Position numbers and translations under genes: made by a program | In this document: in pieces, positions 37,259 through 49,619 of the stretch | Layout: each line of letters opens with the position of its first letter | Position numbering within the stretch: position 1 is the stretch's first letter | The notes under the pieces: generated by a model | Told to the model about the DNA's origin: nothing | Seen by the model: the letters and a program-made list of their open reading frames with translations, nothing else | Database searches by the model: none | Assembly (NCBI GenBank): GCA_964016885.1 | Contig: OZ024740.1 | Coordinates: forward strand, 20,770,001 to 20,834,000 | Source of the DNA: Eledone cirrhosa | Lineage: Eukaryota | Direction of reading: 5' to 3' | Length of the DNA stretch: 64,000 bases

Positions 37259-39388
37259 CTATCCGTTAGGGTATAACGTGGTGCTGTAATACAGGAAAGT
37301 TTTGTGCAATTTATGTTTACAAGCCGAAAATGCCTCGGATTTTTTGTTTAAGATGTGGTCTGTAGCGTAGAGTATTTCCAGGGCCTCAGCGGCGCAAAGG
37401 TCACATGGTCTTTTATTTCCGTTATACGATCTAGCCCTAGCTAGGATCTCTCAGTGTAACTTATATTGGGTGTGGTTGTCTTTTAGACTCCAGATATAAG
37501 CTGAAAGTGACGTCATATTCCTTCTTAGAGGGTAACGAAAAGAATGGGTATGCATGTAAAGACGTTGCTTGAAACTATTGGCGGTTAACCCTATGTAGGC
37601 CCTACGGGACGTGGGTGTTACAACCTTACATTTGTAGACAATGTTACTAGAGAGGCATTTCCCGGATAGGGGGCAATCAGCCCGATTTCTACAATTACAG
37701 TTAGTACTAACTACCGGGTTGCACGTGTTCCTACGGCTAGGTAGTTTAGCTAAATTTGAAGCTGTGATGTTATGTGCAAGGTTAGGAGTCGTAGAGTAAG
37801 AAATTTTAATAGTATTTCTATTAAAAATTTTACTATATTTATGTGTAGGGGAAAATGCTTCGTAATAAGGGAAATAAAGATCTTAGCTAATGGTGTGGCC
37901 ACCTCCATATTATATGGTGGGTTAAACCAACAAATGCGACGGGATCTATTTCTTCTAGGTCTATTTTCGTACTCTGTATATGCTACCTTATCGACAAATC
38001 CACTTCGAGCAAGAGCTTCATTGTAATAAGTGGAATGGTCGTTGAAAATGCGCTCGTTGGTGGAAAGACGGGAAAGCCTCAACGAAACGTTTCTTACCAG
38101 GTTCTTGGTTATGCTGGCAGGATGGTTGGAATGCTTACTTATGTAATTAAGCGTATCATTCGGCTTTCTATACGGGTAATACAACCCATTCAATAAATTG
38201 AGGGTAACGTCGAGGTAATTAACGACCGAGAGATTGGCCTCAACCTGTATAGAGAGGTTGAAGCCTTTAAAGAAGGCTGTGAGTTCTTTTCTGAACCTGT
38301 CGCAAGCACGAGGTCCGCACTTAGTCATGGTCAAAAGACCATCGTCACGGTACAAACCACCGCTCGCGTTGGGGAATTCGTCCTTGATAGAGAAAAGAAG
38401 GAAAAGGCCAATAAGATCAGTAACCTCCGCAGAGTCACTGGCACCCATACTCACGTCGAATGGGGTACTATTGGATTTTTTAATCCAAATAGAGTCGTCG
38501 AAATTAATCACCGACTTTCGGGCATTAAGGATGACATCAACTTCAAAATCCTTAACCACTGTGAGTGTTTTAGCGAAATTGATAGCTCTAAGGAGAAGTG
38601 GTAAAGTGATGGAGGAGTAGTAATTGTTGATGTCGAATTGGATAAAACGGCAATGTTCCTTGTTACATATGCCGTTGAACCAATAAATCACCGCGAAAGA
38701 ATTGTTCCACAGTGCGAGAGGGGCCAAACTTCTAATTTCAGGTATAATTCTATCAAGAATCGTTTTACTAAGTCTACCTAAATCGGACTTCGTAGGGTTA
38801 ATAAGCCGAATAGAGGGGTTGTTCGGAAAATTGGATTTGTGATCCTTCAGGGTAAAGTGGGGAGAGATAGGGTCCAGAGGTTCGGTCCGGTCCAGGATGT
38901 TGAGATCAGATGTGATTTTAAACCCAGCATCGTTGATTTCATTGATGACGCACCGATTAGTTTTACGGTAATCCTTAGTTACAGCATTATGTAGTAGTTG
39001 ATGGTAAGTACTGCGCTCCACTTGATATAGGTTGCCAGTTTTGTCGGAATGGACGTGCACGGCGTTAGAATCCTTAATAGAACGAATTCTATTCTTCAGG
39101 TCTTGCTGGAAGGAATTGCTCCTATTCCGAAATTTGATATTCCGAATGAGTTCCAAGACATCATTTTCAAAAGGGTAGCAATGCTGGGTTCCACGGAGGG
39201 TTATTATAAGTTTTAAATCCAAATTTATCCTGTTTGTTGTCTGCTTTTCGCGGATTATCGAAATAAAAGGCACGCCAACGCAACCTTTTAATGAACGCGT
39301 CTGTTTTCTGTATCAGGAGTTTTAGGTATGTTTTCCTGCTTGGTACGGGTATGTTCTTTGTAGAAATATTCAGATGTTGTTTCTGCAT
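37259..39388 (-). pseudogene. PLE reverse transcriptase / GIY-YIG endonuclease ORF (~710 codons) with 2 frameshifts and 1 stop
   Basis: N-terminus STKNIPVPSRKTY..FIKRLRWRAFYF; RT motifs IRLINP, FIQFDINNYYSSI, FDVSMGASDSAEV, GLYRDDGL, NYLDVTL; C-terminus CNC..CPLSGKC..IVYKC..YIG..FKQR..H..CDLC..E..LNKKSE..CKH. Frameshifts near 39170 (T run) and 37850 (C run); TGA at 37451-37453. Confidence 0.9.
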
Positions 39389-39439
39389 GATGAATATAAG
39401 TCAGTAGAGTGCTCAACCGAAGGAGCCAAATAGTAATAG

Positions 39440-40042
39440 AAGCATTTTCCCCCTACACATAAATATAGTAAAATTTTTAATAGAAATACTATTAAAATTT
39501 CTTACTCTACGACTCCTAACCTTGCACATAACATCACAGCTTCAAATTTAGCTAAACTACCTAGCCGTAGGAACACGTGCAACCCGGTAGTTAGTACTAA
39601 CTGTAATTGTAGGAATCGGGCTGATTGCCCCCTATCCGGGAAATGCCTCTCTAGTAACATTGTCTACAAATGTAAGGTTGTAACACCCACGTCCCGTAGG
39701 GCCTACATAGGGTTAACCGCCAATAGTTTCAAGCAGCGTCTTTACATGCATACCCATTCTTTTCGTTACCCTCTAAGAAGGAATATGACGTCACTTTCAG
39801 CTTATATCTGGAGTCTAAAAGACAACCACACCCAATATAAGTTACACTGGGAGATCCTAGCTAGGGCTAGATCGTATAACGGAAATAAAAGACCATGTGA
39901 CCTCTGCGCCGCTGAGGCCCTGGAAATACTCTACGCTACAGACCACATCTTAAACAAAAAATCCGAGGCAATTTCGGCTTGTAAACATAAATTGCACAAA
40001 ACTTTCCTGTATTACAGCACCACGTTATACCCTAACGGATAG
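39440..40042 (+). CDS. Intact-frame C-terminal GIY-YIG endonuclease portion in the inverted PLE duplicate (5'-truncated, not an independent gene)
   Basis: Open from KHFPPTHKYSKIFNRNTIKISYS through CNCRNRADCPLSGKC, IVYKC/YIGLT to ...TLYPNG*. Has TGG and a 5-C run where the main copy has TGA and a 4-C run. Confidence 0.75.
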   Translation, partial: KHFPPTHKYSKIFNRNTIKISYSTTPNLAHNITASNLAKLPSRRNTCNPVVSTNCNCRNRADCPLSGKCLSSNIVYKCKVVTPTSRRAYIGLTANSFKQRLYMHTHSFRYPLRRNMTSLSAYIWSLKDNHTQYKLHWEILARARSYNGNKRPCDLCAAEALEILYATDHILNKKSEAISACKHKLHKTFLYYSTTLYPNG

Positions 40043-40970
40043 CACGATCTATACGTGGATATTTTACGTCTTGATGTGGGAGCTAAGTATATGTTTTGTT
40101 TATTCCTTTACTTATTTGCATAGGTAAGTATATATTACCCGTATGTTTTGTGAAGGTATGTATACCTTCTCGTACGTATATTTGACTGTTATAGCGTATA
40201 ATTTTTACATATTCTGGTATTTAGGGTTTGGCTATGTGTATACAGGAGTTTTGTGTCCGCGTGAGTGTGCAGGTTCGTACGTATGGTGGGTGTGTGTATA
40301 TGTGTACTTCTTGTTTTAGTTGACTTACGTCTCCGAACATTCGTGTATTTATATGTAGGTATGCGTGTGCGCTTGTTATATACGTATTTATTTACTTATA
40401 TACGTTTATATAATTATTTATTTATTTGTACACAAGCATACACACACAAACATATTTATATGTGCGTGGTTTTGTATACCAATGGTAAGGTTTTGCGTAT
40501 GCTTGTGTATGTACGTATCTGTTTGCGTGTATGTATTTATTTGTTTCTATTACTTCTGTATTGTATTTATTTACTTTGTTCTTAACTCTGTAGCGGAGAT
40601 TCATTTGGTCTCCTAGTTAGAATTTTAGTCTACGATTTCTGCTATACCATTTACGTGGTTTTGTCTTTGCGTGCTATTGTTCTCCACGCTCCACATATGA
40701 CTTATTATCTTCGTTTTTCCGTTCATTGCCAGAGAACGTCTCTATGCACCACCTAAGAGAACATTAGTCTACGACCTCTTTTATACCATAAACGTGGTTT
40801 TGTCTTTGCGTGTAATTGTTTTTCACCGCTCCCATTAATGACGTATTATTCGTTTTTTCCCGTTCTTTGCCAGCGAACGTTACCACGAACCAAAGTATCG
40901 TCTTCCTGTCTTCCTCCGGTTGCAACGTTTTTTCAAATATCCAGTTCTGCGTTTACAGATTGACTTTGTT

Positions 40971-41021
40971 AGTTTCAGAAGATCCCGTTAAGGGTGAAAG
41001 CAGCGATTCTTTGCTTAAACT
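40971..41021 (+). ncRNA. Non-canonical hammerhead-like motif in the PLE 3' UTR; also at 36280-36330(-), 12394-12444(+) and ~42586-42636(-)
   Basis: AGTTT-CAGAAGA-T CCC gttaa GGG T-GAAA-GCA gcgattctt TGC-TT-AAACT, extended by acagatt/aatctgt. All three stems pair, but core position 4 is A instead of U. Confidence 0.6.
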
Positions 41022-41037
41022 TTAATCTGTTATTTTA

Positions 41038-41140
<103 letters not shown>

Positions 41141-41257
41141 TTTATTTGGGTTTGTTGGTTCACCACTGGATAGAACTGATCATTCCGTAAAGTCAACCTC
41201 GATGTAATATTATGGAGAGCACTCAACGTAATGCAACTTCGTCTTCGTTTGTGTATA

Positions 41258-42561
41258 TCTTTATATATATAAAAGTGACGATGTGTGTGCATCTGTGTAC
41301 AACTTTGCATGCTTAAGGCTTTCACAATTACCAACTGAATTTGACAAAGTTTTCTGTGCACGTTGCACAGGTCGCTAAGATTGTCACATCACAAACATTT
41401 TTCAAATCAACCCACGTTGAGCAATAAAAAATCGATATCAAAATTATCGGTATAAAAATTGATGTAAGGGAGATACACTTTATTGACAATCCTTATAAAA
41501 AAGGGAGATAACCAACTTTTACGATCAGCTTTTTCAGCTTCTTCCTGGATGTCCACGGATATATAAATCTATTGATACTGTATGTGATCCACAGGATGCG
41601 GTCAATTATCCAGTTGAATTTCTAAATTCTTTAAATCCTCCTGTTTACCTCCTAATACATTGGTTCTGAAAGAGGGAACACCAGTTATTTTGCTGAGAAA
41701 TATCACTCCTCCAAAACTATGCAATGGTACACGCCTTGTGATTAAAAAACTGTCTCCACTTAGTATTGACGCTACCATTCTATCCGGATGTTGAAAAGGC
41801 GAGGATGTGATAATAACAAAAATTAGCCTGACTACATCAGGCGTGGATACTCTCTTCTCCTTTCGCCGAACCCAATTTCCCCTTCGTGTTGCCTTTGCGA
41901 TGTCCATAAACAAGTCGCAAGGTCAAACTCTGTCCGTCACTGGAATTCACTTGGATGAACCTTGCTTTTCGCACGAACAATTCTACGTTGCCTGCTCACG
42001 AGTTGGCAGTCGAGATAATCTCTTTGCGTTTGTTCCGAAAAGAAAAACAAAGAATATCGTTTCTCCTGAAGTGCTTTAGTGTTAACAAAAAAAAACTTAT
42101 TACAGCTCTGCCTTGACTTCACCTTACTCATTACAAAACATACCAATGAATATGTCATGCAGGATATTTTGGATTATAAGTTAAAAATGTAACCATACAC
42201 AGCAAAAGATGTTCTCAAAGAATAGATTTTCTCTTATTCTACTCTCATTGTTTTTTTTGTTTGTATACAACTCTGCTTTCATTACAACTTTTTGTACTTT
42301 AGCAAAACTGCCTGTTTTTTTTTACAGATTTGCAACGTGTATTGTCTTTAATCATTTGTATAACTACATCCTGTTCAGTGTTTTCCTTCATTATCAGCAT
42401 AGTTTTATGTGTTCAAAGATTGCACTAAATATTCGTTTGCATTAATTATTGAAGACTTCTGCTTATTTTGACAGGTTGGGGACAAATAATGTTCTTCTTT
42501 TACTTCCTAGCTGTATATAGCATACTTTCAAACCCCGAGCAAGGCCGGGTAAATCTGCTAG
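41258..42561 (+). mobile_element. Internally deleted Helitron retaining a PIF1-helicase C-terminal fragment
   Basis: 5' A|TCtttatatatataaaag; 3' cccgagcaaggccgggt hairpin then CTAG|T. 41600-42079 encodes YPVEFLNSL..ILLRNITPPKLCNGTRL..QFPLRVAFAMSINKSQGQTL..FSHEQFYVACSRVG, with stops and frameshifts. Confidence 0.88.
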
Positions 42562-42691
42562 TATATATTAAAATAACAGATTAAAGTTTAAGCAAAGAAT
42601 CGCTGCTTTCACCCTTAACGGGATCTTCTGAAACTAAAATAATAAATCTGTGAACGCAGAAGTAAATATTTCGTAAAACGTTACACACACA

Positions 42692-42837
<146 letters not shown>

Positions 42838-43439
42838 CACACACACACACACCACGTCATAATGACGTAATGCACACAGCCAGGCATACAGACAGATATT
42901 ATAATGGCAAATCCTGCCGAGGTTAACTTTGCCTTTCATCCTTACGGGGTCGATAAAATAAAGTACCAGTAATGTACTGGGTAATTGCTGGCCTTGTGCC
43001 AAAAGTAGAAACAATTAATAAGAAGTACATATAAACAGACTTTGCTTGAATATGTAGAAACAAATGTAGAACAATTATAATGGCGCAACGTTATATCTAT
43101 GTATCTATCTAAAAAGAGAAAGACTAGTCTTTGTCAAGGCATTCTTCTAGGAGAAGGCAACTCAGGAAAGTGGGATAACTCCGATATAAAATCTGCGGCT
43201 CAGTAGTTACCGATGATGATCTTTTCTTCTTTTCAGGTTATAGCTACTGTCACCCAGAGAGTGGGATTGGCTCAGTGCACAGTCTTTCCTCACTTTAAAA
43301 AATATCTTCACGCACAGGCATTGCACGATAGAATTAATTAATAATTACTAATAATGGTATATCGTGCAATGGCCATACTCGATAACGAGGGGGCAGCCAT
43401 CCTCATGTATGTATGTATGTATGTATGTATGTATGTATG

Positions 43440-43470
<31 letters not shown>

Positions 43471-43478
43471 GTATGTAT

Positions 43479-44972
43479 GTTCTTCTGGTTTTATAATTTC
43501 ACAAATGTTTGCCAATAGAGAGAGTCAGTTTCTAATTCATTGGAATGTCTAATTCATTGGAATTTACACATCAACTAGGTAGATATGTATGCATGCCTGC
43601 ATGCATACATGTGTAGATATGGATGTTATTGTATGTGTGGATGTGTATGTTTTGAGTTGTATGTGTGCATGTGCATACACTTTGATCTGTATATGTGTAT
43701 ATGCAGTTATTAGATGCACAATTTTTGGAATGTTTTACATATTTTACTGTTCCATTAATGGATTGTACTTGTAATTTCCTAACTAGTTGTGTTCTTTCTG
43801 TTCCTGTGAAGCCTAGCTTCTCAAGATTTATATTGAGGCAGTTACTAACATATCCCAGGGCCCCAATAATCACAGGCATAAATCTGAAGGTATAGTCATG
43901 GTGGAGTATCTGCAGATTCCTCATTAGTTCTGTATAAATATTCTCCTTTTCACTAATCTTTGATATTATATTGGCATCTGCTGGGCAGCTAATTTCCACT
44001 ACTGTGCATGCCTTCTTCTCCCTGTCCCATATTATAATATCTGGTCTGTTATGCCTGCATTTTATTGGGTTGTTTTACTGGAACATTCCACCAGTACTCT
44101 TTCATATTATGTACATGGATGTCTTCCACATTTTTGTAGCTTTTAATGTGTTTATTATCGGGGCTATCTTTTTTACGAACTGCATTGTACAGTGTTTTGG
44201 CTACTACATCATGCCTTATAGGTAAATAGTACCACGATGACATCTTTGGACAGCTGCTGATGACATGGGTGACCATCTTCGATGTTAATTCTGCAGAGTC
44301 TGCACTTGTTATCACATCTAGGTGTTTTGCCTGCATCCCTATCTCTTTTGTAAATCAGGTATTTCGTGCTAATCTCCTGTTCTTGGATTGCAAAAGTGTA
44401 TCCTTCAAAGTGGGAGCCAATATAGCGGTTGTTGGCCCAAGATAGACTACTTTCCTTATCTATATTACTCTCACTCTGGAGCTTCCTGGCAACATATCCA
44501 TGCATGATTTTTTGCTGATAGGCATGCAGTTTTTCATCCATGGATTCGCTGCGCTAATGCTGAGCGACTTCCCTGGGTGTGAGTTTTTGATTATCACACA
44601 GGGAATATCTCTCAAGGAGTTCCTTCCCAACTCTCGTGATCTTATTTGTTTCATGCAGATAGACTTGCTCGAGAAACGGGCTCCTACGCTTCGAGGTTCG
44701 TAGATGTCGGAGAGATATGATGCGACATTCAAATGCTGTCTGGACTGATGTTAGGCTTCTGCCTCCCTGCTTACGTTTCAAGTAAAGGCGGTCTATATCA
44801 CTGTTGATGTGGAAGTTTCCGGTGTTGTTCAGTATTTTTCGAGTTTTACATCAATTGTTCGGATTTCGTCTATCGTCCAATTGAGTATTCCAAACGTTGG
44901 TGTTAGGACAGACTCAGCAAACACATTGTGAGCCACTGTTTTGTTGTGCGCAGAGAGTTCCGATGATCATAT
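43479..44972 (-). mobile_element. Degenerate R4/Dong-like RLE LINE 3' portion, same family as 1447-2803
   Basis: Minus-strand ORFs 44554-44781, 44209-44541, 44049-44336 and 43571-43999 reproduce the same protein in shifted frames; 3' end abuts (TATG)n. Confidence 0.85.
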
Positions 44973-44974
44973 TT

Positions 44975-45190
44975 TGAAGGTCGGCTGAAACGTTTATAGA
45001 CTGAAAATTCCATAGGCTGACCAAGATACTCTCATGGAATGACTAAATGTGGTTTATTTTTCAACATAGTCGCAAGAAAAGAACAATGCAGTTATTGATA
45101 AGAAGACTTGAAATTAATGCATGCAAGATTTCACAGCTCTAGCATCACTCCTTTATAGTCAGTCTATGGACTTTTCAGTCGACTCTCGTA
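44975..45190. mobile_element. Mariner-like MITE
   Basis: Imperfect TIRs gaaggtcggctgaaacgtttatagactga / tcagtctatggacttttcagtcgactctcgta. Confidence 0.5.
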
Positions 45191-45589
45191 TGTGCAATTC
45201 AAAAATCCAGCCTCGTACACGTGTCTGTGGAATTCTCTACCTACCACTTACATGTAAATTTCAGGGGTAGGTCGTTCCATTGATCGAACAACTTGAACAT
45301 TCATCAACGATACCGACGGAGTCCCATTTTATTCTGCCTTGTCAAACTAGGACTTATAATTGTCTTAAGGCTCCATGTAGTACCGATGTGATTATTCAAC
45401 TAATACAGTCTGTCACCCGCTTTTGTGGCACCCTGATCCTTTCATAAATCAGTGACTATTCCAACTACAAATATCTTTCCGAGGTCGATAAAATACCAGT
45501 AATGCACTAGGGTTAATGTAATCGACTTTCCACACTCAAAAATGTCTGGTCTTGCTCCAAAATTAGAATTCATGGTTTTAGGCAGCATT

Positions 45590-46320
45590 CTTCACCCTAT
45601 GAGATGACATCTGGTGTACCACAGGGATCTGTTCTTAGTCCCCTTTTGCTTGTTGCATATATTAATGATATAGGGAGGAAAGACCCAGAGTTCACATACT
45701 CTCTCCAAAACACTAATATCAAGAAGTCTTCTTGTGAACGGGACCTAGGCATTAATGTCAGCAGCGATTTGTGTTGGACAAAGCACATCTCTAAAATTGT
45801 CAAGAAGGCCGAGGGTATCTTAGCATCACTCAGTAAGACCTTTGTCAGCCGCTCTCCAGCTATCTATTTAAAGTTGTATATAGCTATGGTGTGTCCAAAC
45901 TTAGAATTTGCATCACCAGTCTGGAACCCCTATCTTGCTCATAATATTGACATCCTGGAAACTGTTCAGAGGCATGCAACCAAGCGAATACTCTCCATCA
46001 GGCATCTACCATACTCTTAACGCCTTGCTTCCCTGGGCATGGATACATTGAAGCTCTGACGTCTTGCAACTGACTTGTAGACACCCACAAGATTATTATC
46101 CATCTTGCCAACAACAACCCTGAGTACCTTTTTGATTTCCATGGACATGCTTACAAAATCATAAAACACAGCTCCCGTGACTTTCGGAAACATTTCTTCA
46201 CGCTCAGAGTTGCTGAAACATGGAACAAACTATCTGCATCAGTTGTTAGCTGTTGGGACACTGCATCCTTCAAAACTTGCATGCTTCCCAAAATCCACTA
46301 ACACTACACCTGATATTCCC
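45590..46320 (+). mobile_element. CR1/L2-group LINE RT and C-terminal fragment; further 3' piece at ~49340-49620
   Basis: SGVPQGSVLSPLL..YINDI, ERDLGINV, LYIAMVCPNLEFASPVWNP, LETVQRHATKRI, FFTLRVAETWNKL. Confidence 0.85.
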
Positions 46321-46739
46321 TCTCCATACACACACACGCATGCGCGCGCGCGCGCGTGTCTGTGTGTGCGTGTGTGTGTGTGTGTGTGTGCGTGTGTGTG
46401 TGTGCGTGTGTGTGTGTGTTTATCATGATTCATACACTTACTTTCCTGAGATTTGTACATTATTCTATGTTTTATACATGCCCCTTTGATGAGTTGTAGT
46501 GCACCTGAGCACTGTACACAATAATTTCCATTATATTATATATGTTTGTGTATATAAAGTGTGTATATATAATGTATGTATTATATATACATATATATAT
46601 TGGACAGTCGGCTTCCTGAGGATTTCTCCCGAATGAAACAGTTCTAGACCTGTAGAAGCCTTTTCTATATTAATTTTTTATACTCTTGAGTACCTTACTT
46701 ACTGTGGTTACCCCCGATTGAACCTGGGATAAATCTGGG

Positions 46740-46789
<50 letters not shown>

Positions 46790-47476
46790 CCAAATATTCG
46801 AGGTCTGTGGGTAATCCACTGGCTGGACAGGGTGATCAAATCGAGAAGTCACAAGGTGTGGTTACATATCCAGTTCGAAATACAAAGACTGCTGCGTAAG
46901 CGTGAAAAATATTGTTCAAGGAGACAAAGGAGGTAGAAAATGTCTTATTAGTTTCACTTCCAGTTTCCATATAATGAGTGAAACGAATTAGACCTTTTGT
47001 ACCTCTGTTGTCTCCTTGAACTATATATATGTATACGAGAGAGAGAGAGAGAGAGGAGGGAGGTGGAATCAGAAATAGCAAGGGAAATATATTCAAGGAT
47101 CTGTTTTTCTTTTTTTCTTCTTTGATTCGTCAAGGTGATATTATTGTAAAAATGAGATGGAAAATTCTTTTTAAAAAAGGAGTTTTATAATGTATACAAA
47201 ATATATAAAATATAACCGGTTTCGATGTATCAGTGTGAACCATCATATATATATATACAAAATAATTTTGTTCTGTGAAAAGACACAATTACCAACACTA
47301 ATTCTACTACTACTGCTATGACTAACTCTCTCTGTATATATAAGGCTCCATTTTACGATCGTTTCTAGGATGTATATGTGTGTTGGTATGTATATCATAT
47401 AGATCTATGTAAAAATATTGCAAATTATCAGAGGAAATATACATACCTTAACATATATATGCTGTCTTCAGAAATG

Positions 47477-47520
<44 letters not shown>

Positions 47521-47743
47521 CTTTGTTATATATAAACAATTCCTTTGTTATATATATATATAACAAAGGAATTGTGGTAAGGAACCAGGTGGACCATAAC
47601 GCACCAGAGTACTCAATACTTAGGGTAGTAGAGTAAGAAATAGGAAAAATTATGACCCCCGACGGCAGTGCTCAAACCGTTTCGAATAGTCCAGAAATAG
47701 CCGTCGAAACGGCTTGAGCTCTGCCGTCGGGGTCAGACATTTT

Positions 47744-47923
<180 letters not shown>

Positions 47924-47957
47924 CAGTATATATATATATATATATATATATATACTG

Positions 47958-47992
<35 letters not shown>

Positions 47993-48520
47993 ACATTTAA
48001 ACTAGAAAATTACAGAATTTGAACATATATATATATATATATATAGCAAGGTTAAAGATACTGATGATGATTGCGATGATAATGATGGTGCTGTTGGTGG
48101 TTGTGAGGGTGTTGGGGTGTTGGTGGTGGAGCTGGGTGGGAGGGTTAAATGGGTGCGGTTGTATTGACAGTAGTGATAATGGTGGATGTTCTAGGTATGA
48201 TGGTGGCGGTGATTGTGGTGTGACGTTTGTGCTTCTGGTGATATTTATACAATGACATGAGGTGACAGAAACGGGTGTATGGGGGTGGGGGAGAGATGTA
48301 GTGTATAGAGGGGGTGGACCTAGCGTCGGTGGGTGTAATGTGTGGTTACTAATGCGAGTGTGCTGCTGCTAGCGCCCCTGTGTGTTAGAGAGTGTGTGTG
48401 AGTGAGTGTCACACATACACACATATGCATATATATACATATATGTATACATATGTATACATATGTATATATATTATAAAGAATCGGGAGCTAGAACTGT
48501 GGTAACAGCCAAAGAGTGCT

Positions 48521-48555
<35 letters not shown>

Positions 48556-48573
48556 TACACACACAGAGACTCA

Positions 48574-48631
<58 letters not shown>

Positions 48632-48650
48632 TATGGATAGATAACATGTT

Positions 48651-48690
<40 letters not shown>

Positions 48691-48812
48691 TACACACGCA
48701 GAGACTCAGACACACACACACACACACATACAGATATGTATATATATATGTCGCAAGGCTCTGATACGATCAACACCATAAACAGAGAGCTGGCATATCT
48801 AAGAACTAACTA

Positions 48813-48868
48813 ACTGCCTGATGAGATCATAGCCATTCAATGGCTATCATCGAAATATATATAGCAGT
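48813..48868 (+). ncRNA. Canonical type I hammerhead ribozyme in a short PLE-like 3' end (~48750-48915)
   Basis: actgc-CTGATGA-GAT c ATAGCCA ttcaa TGGCTAT c ATC-GAAA-tatata-TA-gcagt, followed by aataaa and later (TA)n. Confidence 0.85.
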
Positions 48869-49142
48869 AAATAAAGGATTATGAGTTCATGCAATTGACT
48901 TATGTTTCGTCACTATATATATATATATGGGATAAGATGTTATCGTTTTAGGTAATCCAGTTAAGGGTTGTACTATGTACTATGGATAGTTTTAACGTCC
49001 AGTATTCCGATGATTTGATCAGAGACACTGTATTTGAGGTCGGGTGACGCAATTTCCTGTGATTAGCGGCCTTTAGACTCACCTGATCAATGGAACAATT
49101 GTTAATACTGTAAATAAAACCCTTTTTGTACAGCCGAGAGGG

Positions 49143-49173
<31 letters not shown>

Positions 49174-49229
49174 GAGAGAGAGAGAGGGATAGAGAAGGAG
49201 AGAGAGGGTGTGAGAGAGAGAGAGAGAGT

Positions 49230-49274
<45 letters not shown>

Positions 49275-49619
49275 AGAGAGAGGGTGTGAGAGAGAGATAG
49301 AGAAGGGGAGAGAGGGTGTGAGAGAGAGAGAGAGAGATTACCTTCCATCAGCCATCTACCATACTCTGAAATCATTGCTTCACTAGGTATGGACCAATTA
49401 AAGCTCCAACATCTGGCAACTGACTTGGTAGACACCCTCAAGATTCACCATCTTTCCAACAACAACCCTGGACACCTTTTTGAATACCATGTCTAGCACA
49501 CGTGGACATTCCTACAGAGTCAGAAAACAGCACAGCTCCCATCACTTTCGGAAACAATGTTCACACTCAGAGTTGCTGAAGCATGGAACAAACTACCTGC
49601 ATCAGTTGTTAGCTGTCCG

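Noticed and set aside
37451-37453. In-frame TGA as possible selenocysteine, as reported for some Naiad PLEs
   Set aside because: The inverted duplicate has TGG (Trp) at this position, so it is a simple nonsense mutation and not a Cys-equivalent site.
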